Assembly: GCA_050744785.1 (NCBI GenBank)
Contig: JBOGHQ010000263.1
Coordinates: forward strand, 1 to 46,013
Direction: 5' to 3'
DNA: 46,013 nucleotides
DNA from: Acidimicrobiales bacterium
GTDB lineage: Bacteria; Actinomycetota; Acidimicrobiia; Acidimicrobiales; GCA-2861595
Part shown: positions 10,235-17,417 of the stretch, one piece after another
How the letters are laid out: each line of letters opens with the position of its first letter
Numbering within the stretch: position 1 is the stretch's first letter
The notes under the pieces: generated by a model
Database searches by the model: none
Seen by the model: only the letters and a program-made list of their open reading frames with translations
What the model was told of the DNA's origin: nothing
Made by a program: the position numbers and the translations under genes

Positions 10235-11149
10235 ATGGACGACAACGCCCTGCTGGAGGAGCTCGAGCCCACCGTGGCCAAGCTCCTCGACAACCACCTG
10301 GGCAAGGCCAAGGAGTGGTTCCCCCACCTGATGGTGCCGTGGGACCGGGCCAGGAGCTTCGAGGTGGAGGAGGAGTGGGACCCGCTGGAGTACCCCGTCC
10401 CCGAGGGGGTGCGCAGCGCCCTGTTCCTCAACCTCCTCACCGAGGACAACCTGCCCTACTACTTCCGCACCATCCAGAACGTGTTCGGCGACGGAGCGTG
10501 GGGCGACTGGACCCGGCGATGGACGGCCGAGGAAGGCCGGCACAGCATCGTCATCCGCGACTACCTCACCGTCACCCGGGCCCTCGACGCCACCCAGCTG
10601 GAGCGGGCCCGCATGCGCCAGGTGTCGGACGGCATCAGCCCCGAGCCCGAGAACCCGGCCGACACAATGGTCTACGTCACCCTCCAGGAGCTGGCCACCC
10701 GGATCGCCCACCTCAACACCGGCAAGCTCCTCACCGACCGCACCGGCTACGAGATCATGGCCAGGGTGGCCGCCGACGAGAACCTCCACTACCTGTTCTA
10801 CCGGGGGGTCACCGACGCGGCCATGGAGGTGGACCCGTCCATGGTGCTGCTGGCCATCGACCGCCAGGTGCGGGAGTTCGCCATGCCCGGCACCGGGATC
10901 GCCGACTTCCCCACCCACGCCGCCCGCATCGCCAAGGTGGGCATCTACGACTTCATCGAGCACCACGACCACATCCTGGTGCCGCTGGTGCTTCGCCACT
11001 GGAAGGTGGAGTCGCTGGAGGGGCTGTCCGCCGAGGCGGAGCAGGCCCGGGAGCGGATGCTCAAGCACATCGGCCGGGTGGGCACGGCCGCCCGCCGGCT
11101 GCGGGAGCGCCGGGAGGCCAAGGAGCCAGCGCTCCAGTCGGGCGGCTGA
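10235..11149 (+). CDS. Soluble di-iron acyl-ACP (stearoyl-ACP type) desaturase, DesA-like
   Basis: ATG at 10235 gives 304 aa (MDDNALLEELEP...). It has two di-iron (D/E)ExxH motifs, within TAEEGRHS and ADENLHY, in helices typical of the family. The upstream part of the track ORF is Pro/Arg junk. Confidence 0.85.
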   Translation: MDDNALLEELEPTVAKLLDNHLGKAKEWFPHLMVPWDRARSFEVEEEWDPLEYPVPEGVRSALFLNLLTEDNLPYYFRTIQNVFGDGAWGDWTRRWTAEEGRHSIVIRDYLTVTRALDATQLERARMRQVSDGISPEPENPADTMVYVTLQELATRIAHLNTGKLLTDRTGYEIMARVAADENLHYLFYRGVTDAAMEVDPSMVLLAIDRQVREFAMPGTGIADFPTHAARIAKVGIYDFIEHHDHILVPLVLRHWKVESLEGLSAEAEQARERMLKHIGRVGTAARRLRERREAKEPALQSGG

Positions 11150-11285
11150 TTCGTCCCTGGGCGTTCGGAGCGGCTGGTGAAGCCGGGTCGGGTCGGCGGG
11201 GCAGCTCGGCGCCTGCACGAGCGACGCTCCCGCCAGCAGGAGGTGGTCGGCGCCGGCTGAGACCCCGATGGACGGGAGCGACCGC

Positions 11286-12455
11286 CTACGGGCGCAGCAC
11301 GAAGCCAAGCTCCACGAGCTGGTCGATCCACCTGGCGACATCGGCCTCGACCTGACCAGCGGGCGCATCGAACGACGCCGACAGCTCCTCGGCCAGCGCC
11401 TTCTCCGTGCGGGACCCGTCGAGAAGCGGCCACACGAGTGCGCCGATGCGGTCCGTCGTCGCCGTCGCGCCCGAGCCCTCCCGCACCAGCACCGCTCCCT
11501 CCTCGAAGCACAGCGCACTGACGTCGGCGGCAGGGACGGGCCCGGCGCCCGGCCCGCCGTCCGCGGCCGGGGCGCGAACGACCAGGAACGGCACGGGAGG
11601 GCCGGCCCGGTGCGTGCCCGCTACCTCCAGCACGGCGGCCGCCGCGTCGCGCCCGTCACCGAAGCTGACGGCCCAGCCGGTGCAGCCGGCGACGACCCTA
11701 CCCACCACGGCGAGGGCTCCCGCCGTACCGAACGTGCGGAGGTTCAGGGCCTGGGAGATCAGCTCCTGCGCCGCCACCGCCCGGGTGACGCGATCCGTGC
11801 GCAGTGGCGCAAGGGCCGCGAATCGGGGAAGGACGACGAGCGAGGCGACCGCCGTGGCCGCCGTGTGTGCGCCCAGCCGTGCCGGCGGCACCTGCCACAC
11901 CGACTGGGGCCCGGCGCCGAGATCGACGTCGCTGAGGTCCACATCGCCGAAGGACTCCAACGTCCCTCGCTTGAACCCGAGCGGCTTGGGGTAGCCCAAC
12001 ACCATCCCGTCGGGGGCGAGCCCCACCGATTCGTCGCTCAGATAGGCGGCACCCTGCTGCACCAGCCGGGCGCAGAGCGTCGTCTTCCCACCCCCCGACG
12101 GGGCTGGCATCACGACGCCCACGCCGTCGACGACGACCCCGGCGGCATGGATGCTCAACACGTCCTCACGGGCTGAGACGACACGCTGGTTGACGAACAT
12201 CATGAAGGCGTCGAGGGCGTCGGCCAACAGCTCGCCGCTCATCATGGGCCGCCCGTCCACACGCACGCTCCAGAGGTGGGGCGTGGCCCGTTCTCGCCTT
12301 ATGGCGAAGCGCGAGGCGCAGGCCCCGCCCCCGTCCTTCCGCCGTGTGAGGGAGCCGAGCATCGAAGCGACGGCGTCGTGCACGCTCCGATCGCAGTGCA
12401 CCTCGAAGGACCGGCCCCGTGCCTCGAAGTGAACGACGGACAGCTCGGCGGGCAC
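11286..12455 (-). CDS. HprK-related P-loop kinase fused to a C-terminal PqqD-like (RRE-type) domain
   Basis: The C-terminal 389 codons of the 685-aa track ORF are used, with GTG at 12455. Further upstream the ORF runs antisense to two better-supported plus-strand genes. Walker A is PAPSGGGKTTL, followed by YLSDES as in HPr kinase C-terminal-domain relatives. The last ~90 aa (...ALCFEEGAVLVREGSGATATTDRIGALVWPLLDGSRTEKALAEELSASFDAPAGQVEADVARWIDQLVELGFV) follow the PqqD pattern. Confidence 0.7.
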   Translation of the reverse strand: MPAELSVVHFEARGRSFEVHCDRSVHDAVASMLGSLTRRKDGGGACASRFAIRRERATPHLWSVRVDGRPMMSGELLADALDAFMMFVNQRVVSAREDVLSIHAAGVVVDGVGVVMPAPSGGGKTTLCARLVQQGAAYLSDESVGLAPDGMVLGYPKPLGFKRGTLESFGDVDLSDVDLGAGPQSVWQVPPARLGAHTAATAVASLVVLPRFAALAPLRTDRVTRAVAAQELISQALNLRTFGTAGALAVVGRVVAGCTGWAVSFGDGRDAAAAVLEVAGTHRAGPPVPFLVVRAPAADGGPGAGPVPAADVSALCFEEGAVLVREGSGATATTDRIGALVWPLLDGSRTEKALAEELSASFDAPAGQVEADVARWIDQLVELGFVLRP

Positions 12456-12488
12456 GGAGCCACAGTACGGGCGAATACCCTTTCCGGC

Positions 12489-12917
12489 ATGGCGATCACC
12501 GTCCATGAGATCGGCGAAGCGACCGTCGTCGTGCCAGGAGACCATGTCGGCGTGGTGGAGGTGGAGGACTGCCTGCTGCTCGTCGACGAGGGGGCGGGGC
12601 GAGGGTACCCGCTCAACATCACCGGATCCCTGGTGTGGCAGCTCCTGGGCTCGTCGGCGCCCCTGGGCGAGTTGATCGAGGACCTGAGCGCCGTGTTCGG
12701 CGCTCCACGCCCCGACGTGGCTCACGATGTCATCGGGCTCGTCCGCACCTTCGGGTCGCTCGGATTGCTCGACGGCGTCTTCCGAAGCCTGGAATCGGTA
12801 CCCATCGACATCGAGTTCGTCGATGCCGATGACTGCGACGCGCCCGACGCGCCCGACGCACGCCTGGACGGTCCGGGCTTGGACACCCGCTACCTCGCCG
12901 CGCCCCCGAACGCCTGA
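12489..12917 (+). CDS. PqqD-family (RRE-type peptide chaperone-like) protein with an acidic C-terminal extension
   Basis: ATG at 12489 gives 142 aa. MAITVHEIGEATVVVPGDHVGVVEVEDCLLLVDEGAGRGYPLNITGSLVWQLLGSSAPLGELIEDLSAVFGAPRPDVAHDVIGLVRTFGSLGLLDGV matches the PqqD pattern (LN.tG..iW..l ... Dv..fl..L...gll). It is divergent from the kinase gene, about 33 nt away. Confidence 0.7.
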   Translation: MAITVHEIGEATVVVPGDHVGVVEVEDCLLLVDEGAGRGYPLNITGSLVWQLLGSSAPLGELIEDLSAVFGAPRPDVAHDVIGLVRTFGSLGLLDGVFRSLESVPIDIEFVDADDCDAPDAPDARLDGPGLDTRYLAAPPNA

Positions 12918-12947
12918 CTGGACAAGCACTTCCGCCTGGGCGAGGCG

Positions 12948-13706
12948 GTGACGGAAGCGTACGAGGTGGGCGGGCGCCGGATCGGCGTGCGATGGACACG
13001 CACCGGCCTCGACGCCGAGCTGCGGGCCCTGGCGGGCGGAGCGCTGGGCAGGCACGACGCACCCCCCAACCTCTCGGTCGTGGTCGGGGAAAGGTCCGGG
13101 CACAAGCTCACGAAGCACCAGCTCACCGTGCAGGGGAGGCTGCTGTGCGTAACCGGGCACGACGGCGGCCTGTTGCGGGCGCTGGTGCGTGCCCTTGGGA
13201 CGCTGGTCGCCGGGGCACCGCCGGGCACCGTGGCGCTGAGCGCCTTTCTCGTCATCGATCCCAGCGGCATCGCCACCATCGTGGACCACCGGCTTGCGGC
13301 CCAGTTTCGCCGGCTGGAGCCTCGCCTGCGGAGGGCCGGCCACCGGGTCGTCGAACCGCCCACCCTCTTCGTCCGGCCGGCCAGCGCAACCGTGTCGCTC
13401 CCGGACAGCGCCGGCGCCGTCGGCGTCTCACGGCGCGCCCTCGATCGTCGATGGCCCCTGGAAGGAGCCGACGACGACCTCGTGGCGGGCGACGTCGCGG
13501 TGTCGAAGCTCGTGTACGGCTGCTCCCGGGAACCGGAGTCGCTGGCGTTCGCCATGGCGGAGATGATGCCGCTGGTGCGAGACGGCGCCGGCCTGGTGCG
13601 GACGACCGACGTCGAGCGCCTCTCGCAGCTGGCACAGCGGCTACCGACCGAGCCGGTTCCGGGCCACGATCCCGGCCACCTCCGCCGCGTGCTGGGGCTC
13701 AGCTAA
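12948..13706 (+). CDS. Hypothetical protein, apparently a P-loop-less paralogue of the adjacent HprK-related kinase
   Basis: 252 aa, GTG start, strong GC3. By-eye alignment with the kinase N-terminal and central parts: YEVGGRRIGVRWTRTGLDAELRALAGGAL against FEARGRSFEVHCDRSVHDAVASMLGSL, and LTVQGRLL...LLRALVRAL...VALSAFLVIDPSG against WSVRVDGRP...LLADALDAF...LSIHAAGVVVDGVG. No GxxGxGK(S/T) motif is present. Confidence 0.55.
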   Translation: MTEAYEVGGRRIGVRWTRTGLDAELRALAGGALGRHDAPPNLSVVVGERSGHKLTKHQLTVQGRLLCVTGHDGGLLRALVRALGTLVAGAPPGTVALSAFLVIDPSGIATIVDHRLAAQFRRLEPRLRRAGHRVVEPPTLFVRPASATVSLPDSAGAVGVSRRALDRRWPLEGADDDLVAGDVAVSKLVYGCSREPESLAFAMAEMMPLVRDGAGLVRTTDVERLSQLAQRLPTEPVPGHDPGHLRRVLGLS

Positions 13707-13711
13707 CAGCT

Positions 13712-13746
13712 GACTGTCGTCGTCACTACGGGACGACGACGCAGTC
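13712..13746. terminator. GC-rich hairpin between convergent genes, a possible bidirectional intrinsic terminator without a U-tract
   Basis: A 9-bp perfect stem: GTCGTCGTC (13716-13724) pairs with GACGACGAC (13732-13740) across a 7-nt loop. It is extended by GACT (13712-13715) pairing with AGTC (13743-13746) across a 2-nt bulge. The right arm overlaps the last codons of the minus-strand gene. Confidence 0.35.
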
Positions 13747-14412
13747 TCCGGTGTCGGACACGCAGGTGATGCGCACCGCGAGCCGCGCATCGTTGCCGAC
13801 GTCGAGAAGGATCGGGTCGTCGCACGCCAGGCTGATGTCCACGCCGGAGCCGGCCACCGCCCCCGGGTAATCACAGGTCATGGGACCGTGGCTCATGGTC
13901 TTCCTCTCGATCCGCTGGCTGGACTGGAGGAGGACCCCTTCTTTGATCGTGCACGGGCAGGTGCCGTCCTTGGAGAGGATGACGACACCCATCCGGGCCA
14001 GGCTCGGGTCCTGGGGGTTCGGAGGCGTTCCACCTCGAGCAGGCTCACAGTCGAGGGGGACCAGGGCCACGACCAGCTCGTTGCAGCCCGGGACCGGGCC
14101 CTCGAAGGTCCAGGTGTCCAACGGGCCGCCGTTGTTGCCGAAGTTGTGCCCGTTGGCGCAGCAGGGGAAGTTGTTCGTGCCACCGACGGTGCTGCAGTAC
14201 GCCTCGCCCGTGTTCGAGTTCTTGTCGTCCGAGGCCGGGCTCAGGATGTCGCACGGCGTGCCGAGCGCGCCCGCTGGTGCGAAGCCGAGCGTCTCGATCC
14301 GGGGCGCGACCCACACAGCGCTGGCGGCGCCCGTGGCGACCGCCGCCTTCAGCACGGTGCGCCGGTCCATGCCGCCGGGCTGGTTGGACTGTGCCTCGTA
14401 TTCGCCTGCCAT
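13726..14412 (-). CDS. Secreted hypothetical protein with a twin-arginine (Tat) signal peptide and 12 cysteines
   Basis: ATG at 14412 (alternative ATG 14370) gives MAGEYEAQSNQPGGMDRRTVLKAAVATGAASAVWVAP... This has an RR-x-V-L-K Tat motif, a hydrophobic region and an ASA cleavage-type site. The mature part is about 185 aa with 12 Cys (PCD, YCS, PCCANG, PGCN, LDCE, TCPCT, TCDY, LACDD, ITCV, GDCVVVP). GC3 is very strong downstream of 14412. The in-frame extension to 14550 uses many A/T-ending codons and is probably non-coding. Confidence 0.7.
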   Translation of the reverse strand: MAGEYEAQSNQPGGMDRRTVLKAAVATGAASAVWVAPRIETLGFAPAGALGTPCDILSPASDDKNSNTGEAYCSTVGGTNNFPCCANGHNFGNNGGPLDTWTFEGPVPGCNELVVALVPLDCEPARGGTPPNPQDPSLARMGVVILSKDGTCPCTIKEGVLLQSSQRIERKTMSHGPMTCDYPGAVAGSGVDISLACDDPILLDVGNDARLAVRITCVSDTGDCVVVP

Positions 14413-14573
14413 GTTCGCCCCCGGTCCGTTCCGCCCCAGTTTGATCTCGCTACCCGCCATCGCTGCCCGTCCCCTCGCTGCCACCCTGCGTGGCCAGGAT
14501 AACCGAATCCCCCCCGTCCTGCTACTGATTCCTGCCAATTTGCCAGGCATTGACGACCATCAGTGCCGCGCCT

Positions 14574-15695
14574 TCACACAGAGCGGCGGTTCGAGCGTAC
14601 CACCTGCGTCACCCCGCGCCGCCACCTGCGCAGCGTCGCCTCGTGCCGCTCCTTCAGGTAGCGGCGGCGCGGGAACGCCATCGTGAAGAGGAAGGCCGCC
14701 TTGTCCCGCCACGGACCGATGGCGCGCACGCCGGCGAACGACTTGGCCGCGTAGGTCTGGCCGTGGTCCAGGTACACCGCCATGGCCCGGCGGTCGCGGT
14801 CGCCCGGACGGAGTGACAGGGCCCACGAGGCGACCGGGCCCGCGCCTTCGCGGTCGATCCCGAGGACGCCCCACGCCAGGTCCACCGCCCGGGCGACCAC
14901 CGCATCCGCCTTCCACGCCGACGCCAGGTACCGCACCCGGGTGAGGTCGAGAGGCTGGCACAGCACCATCTGGGCCACGTCGCGCACGGCCACGAGGCGG
15001 GGGACGCTGTCGCCCAGGGCGGCGTGGAAGCAGGCGTGGAGGAACCGCTCGGGCAGGCCCAGGGCCAAGAGGTCCTGCCCGGCCAGGCGGAACGTGGACG
15101 GCGGCGGCGCCCACAGGTCGGCGAGGCGGACCATGAGGCCGAAGGGGCCCATGGCCAGCGTGCGATGGAGGTCCACCTGGTGGCCCTCCGGGTGGACGAG
15201 GCAGCATCCCTTGCCGAAACGACGGTCGAACCCGGGACGCGGTTCGGGGAAGCGCCGGCGATGGCCGGCCCGGACGAGCAGACCGACGGCGGCGTCGAAC
15301 TGCTCGGAGCGGACGAGCACGTCGATGTCGCCGAACGAACGCAGGGACGGGTCGGGGTAGTCGAGGTGGGCCGCGGCCGGCCCCTTGAGGACGCGGTAGT
15401 CGATCCCGGCCTCCGCGAACCGTTTGACGGTGCGGAGGAGGGTGCGCTCGAGCGCGAGCGCCGCCGCCATGGACACCCGGTGCGCCGACTGGGCCTCCTC
15501 CGCCTGCTCGGCCGTGGCGGGGAGGGCCCCGTCGGCGATCGCCCGCGCCAGCAGGCCGGTGACGCGCTCGTGCCCGGCGCACAGGACCAGCGCCGCCCAG
15601 GCACTGTCGCCGAGGGGCTCCCGCCGCGGCTCGTGGAGGGACCGGGGCAGCCCGTGGGCGGCAACAGCCGCGCAGCTCGTGGCGGGGGTGCCCAT
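14574..15695 (-). CDS. Nucleotidyltransferase family protein (uncharacterised NTP_transf_5 type, pol-beta superfamily)
   Basis: ATG at 15695 gives 373 aa (MGTPATSC...). It has the core FGDIDVLV motif and the overall pattern YRVLKGPAAAHLDYPDPSLRSFGDIDVLVRSEQFDAAVGLL..GH typical of this family. Its start shares one nt with the stop of the upstream PqqD gene (TGATG). Confidence 0.7.
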   Translation of the reverse strand: MGTPATSCAAVAAHGLPRSLHEPRREPLGDSAWAALVLCAGHERVTGLLARAIADGALPATAEQAEEAQSAHRVSMAAALALERTLLRTVKRFAEAGIDYRVLKGPAAAHLDYPDPSLRSFGDIDVLVRSEQFDAAVGLLVRAGHRRRFPEPRPGFDRRFGKGCCLVHPEGHQVDLHRTLAMGPFGLMVRLADLWAPPPSTFRLAGQDLLALGLPERFLHACFHAALGDSVPRLVAVRDVAQMVLCQPLDLTRVRYLASAWKADAVVARAVDLAWGVLGIDREGAGPVASWALSLRPGDRDRRAMAVYLDHGQTYAAKSFAGVRAIGPWRDKAAFLFTMAFPRRRYLKERHEATLRRWRRGVTQVVRSNRRSV

Positions 15696-16000
15696 CAGGC
15701 GGCGCCGTCCCGCTCGGTGACGACCCCTCGCCGGGCCAGCTCGACCAGGACGGGCTCGATGTCGGCGGCGACCTGCTCGGGGGAGGTGCCGAAGGCGGTG
15801 GAAAGGGCGTCGGCCGCCTCCCCGAGGGTGACCGGTTCGGCCAGCACGTCCCACAGTGCGGCCCCGGTCCCGGCCAGCTCGAAGACCTCGCCGTGCTCGA
15901 GCGGGAGCAGGACCACGGCGGTGGCGGTTCGACGCCAGAGCACCTCCACGGCACGCGCGTAGCGAGGGGCCGCACCAGGACCGCGGTGCGGGCTCACCAC
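15695..16000 (-). CDS. PqqD-family (RRE-type) small protein
   Basis: 101 aa. ...VLWRRTATAVVLLPLEHGEVFELAGTGAALWDVLAEPVTLGEAADALSTAFGTSPEQVAADIEPVLVELARRGVV fits the PqqD pattern. GTG start overlaps the upstream membrane-protein gene by 7 nt. It is coupled to the downstream nucleotidyltransferase. Confidence 0.7.
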   Translation of the reverse strand: MVSPHRGPGAAPRYARAVEVLWRRTATAVVLLPLEHGEVFELAGTGAALWDVLAEPVTLGEAADALSTAFGTSPEQVAADIEPVLVELARRGVVTERDGAA

Positions 16001-17409
16001 GGTCTGGCCGGCTCACGGCCGGCGTCGGGTGGCTTCGCGTCGACAGGAGCGTCCTGGAGCAGCCCCCTCCAGCCCAGATCCCTCCGGTGGAAGGGTGGGA
16101 GGGCCAGCAGGACCAGGATGAAGGGAAAGAGCTGCACTCTCTGCCGGGTGAGGATGCCGAAGTTGGCAAAGCTGGAGAACCCGTACACGAACAGGACCGA
16201 GTAGCACAGGCACAGCACCACGTAGGGCGTCCGCAGAACGGACCGGACCGCTCCCACCACCCGCCGCCAGCACACGCTGAACAGGCCCAGCAGCACCATG
16301 CCCTCCAGCGAGGCGACGAGGGCCAGCGGATTGTTGGCCTCCCACGGGAAGGGGCGGAACAGCACGGCGGCGAGGGCGGCGGGGAACTGCGAGGGAGACC
16401 GGTTGGTGGGCCCGGACCCGAAATAGGACCCGGCGTCGGAGGTCTCGCTTCGTGCCCGCTCCAGGACGGCCGACACCGCCTCGGCGTCGAACTGGTCCTT
16501 CACCCCGAACAGCTGCTTGGCCTGCCCCACCACGAGGACCAGGGCGATCCCGAGCACGAGGACGCCGGCGATCTTGCCGATGGGGCTGAGAAGGGTGCGC
16601 CCCGACGGTGGCCGCCGAAGGAGGTAGGCGACCACCAGGCTGGCCATGAGGATCGCACCCACGTGGGGGCGCACCACCGCCATGCCGGTGAGGCCGAGCG
16701 CCAGCAGCACGAACCCAGCTCGCTTCTTGGCCAGGATCCGGGCCGCCCCGAACGTGGCCAGGCCGAGCACCAAGGTCATCCACGCTTCCTTGCCGATGCT
16801 GGACGACCAGAACAGCAGGGACGGCAGGAGGAACACCAGCCGGGCGTAGCGCCAACGGTCGCCCTCGGGGCAGGCGAGGCAGAACGCCCGGTAGAACAGG
16901 TACAGCCCCCAGAAGCCCATCACCGAGTACATGAGGAAGCCGCCGACCTTGGTGGGACCGGTGACGACGTAGAGCAGGCCGGTGAGGGCCCTCATGAACC
17001 CGACGCCGATGAACTTGCCCAGATCGGCAGAGAAGTCACCGTGCCGGTACAGGGGCGCCAGGAACTCACCTGCCTCGTGGTAGATGTTGGCGTCGGAGGC
17101 GCCGTCGTACACACCGAACGTCACGACGTAGCGCACCAGGGAGGACGCCAGCTTCAACCCGAAGGCCCAGGGAAGGAGCCGGGCGACCCGCGGGTCCTCC
17201 TCCTTGCGGGCGAGGTGGAGCACGAGGGGCAGGCACGCGGACACCAGCACGATCCCCACCAGCACCCCGCCCCAGGTGTCGTACCCCGTGTGGTCCATGG
17301 ACCACGAGAGCAGCCCCATGAACAGCCCGAGGCCGGCAACCGCCGGCAGGGTGAGCCCGTACGGCCGGAACGTCCTTGCTCCCGGCGAGGTCGTCGCCGC
17401 CGGCCACAA
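15994..17409 (-). CDS. Polytopic membrane protein of the glycan locus (polymerase-like or GT-C-like); family not recognised
   Basis: 471 aa with about 11-12 predicted TM helices. One early extracytoplasmic loop reads YDGASDANIYHEAGEFLAPLYRHGD, and there is a large loop near residues 300-345. TTG start lies 8 nt after the BY-kinase stop. Confidence 0.65.
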   Translation of the reverse strand: MWPAATTSPGARTFRPYGLTLPAVAGLGLFMGLLSWSMDHTGYDTWGGVLVGIVLVSACLPLVLHLARKEEDPRVARLLPWAFGLKLASSLVRYVVTFGVYDGASDANIYHEAGEFLAPLYRHGDFSADLGKFIGVGFMRALTGLLYVVTGPTKVGGFLMYSVMGFWGLYLFYRAFCLACPEGDRWRYARLVFLLPSLLFWSSSIGKEAWMTLVLGLATFGAARILAKKRAGFVLLALGLTGMAVVRPHVGAILMASLVVAYLLRRPPSGRTLLSPIGKIAGVLVLGIALVLVVGQAKQLFGVKDQFDAEAVSAVLERARSETSDAGSYFGSGPTNRSPSQFPAALAAVLFRPFPWEANNPLALVASLEGMVLLGLFSVCWRRVVGAVRSVLRTPYVVLCLCYSVLFVYGFSSFANFGILTRQRVQLFPFILVLLALPPFHRRDLGWRGLLQDAPVDAKPPDAGREPARPW

Positions 17410-17417
17410 CCGACCGC

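Noticed and set aside
12456-13343. N-terminal 296 codons of the 685-aa minus-strand ORF 11286-13343
   Set aside because: This part is antisense to the PqqD gene (12489-12917) and the 252-aa gene (12948-13706), which have family-like sequence and better codon bias. The upstream translation (MAGPPQARLQPAKLGRKPVVHDGGDAAGIDD...) has no kinase-related features. The kinase is taken to start near 12455.
14413-14550. Upstream in-frame extension of the Cys-rich protein ORF (ATG at 14550 and 14460)
   Set aside because: Codons in this stretch frequently end in A or T (AAA, TTG, GCA, GGA, AGT, ATT, TTA), unlike the rest of the gene. The Tat signal is best positioned with a start at 14412 or 14370. The region is more likely promoter and leader. 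It also contains a TGCCA-N3-TGCCA direct repeat of unknown meaning.
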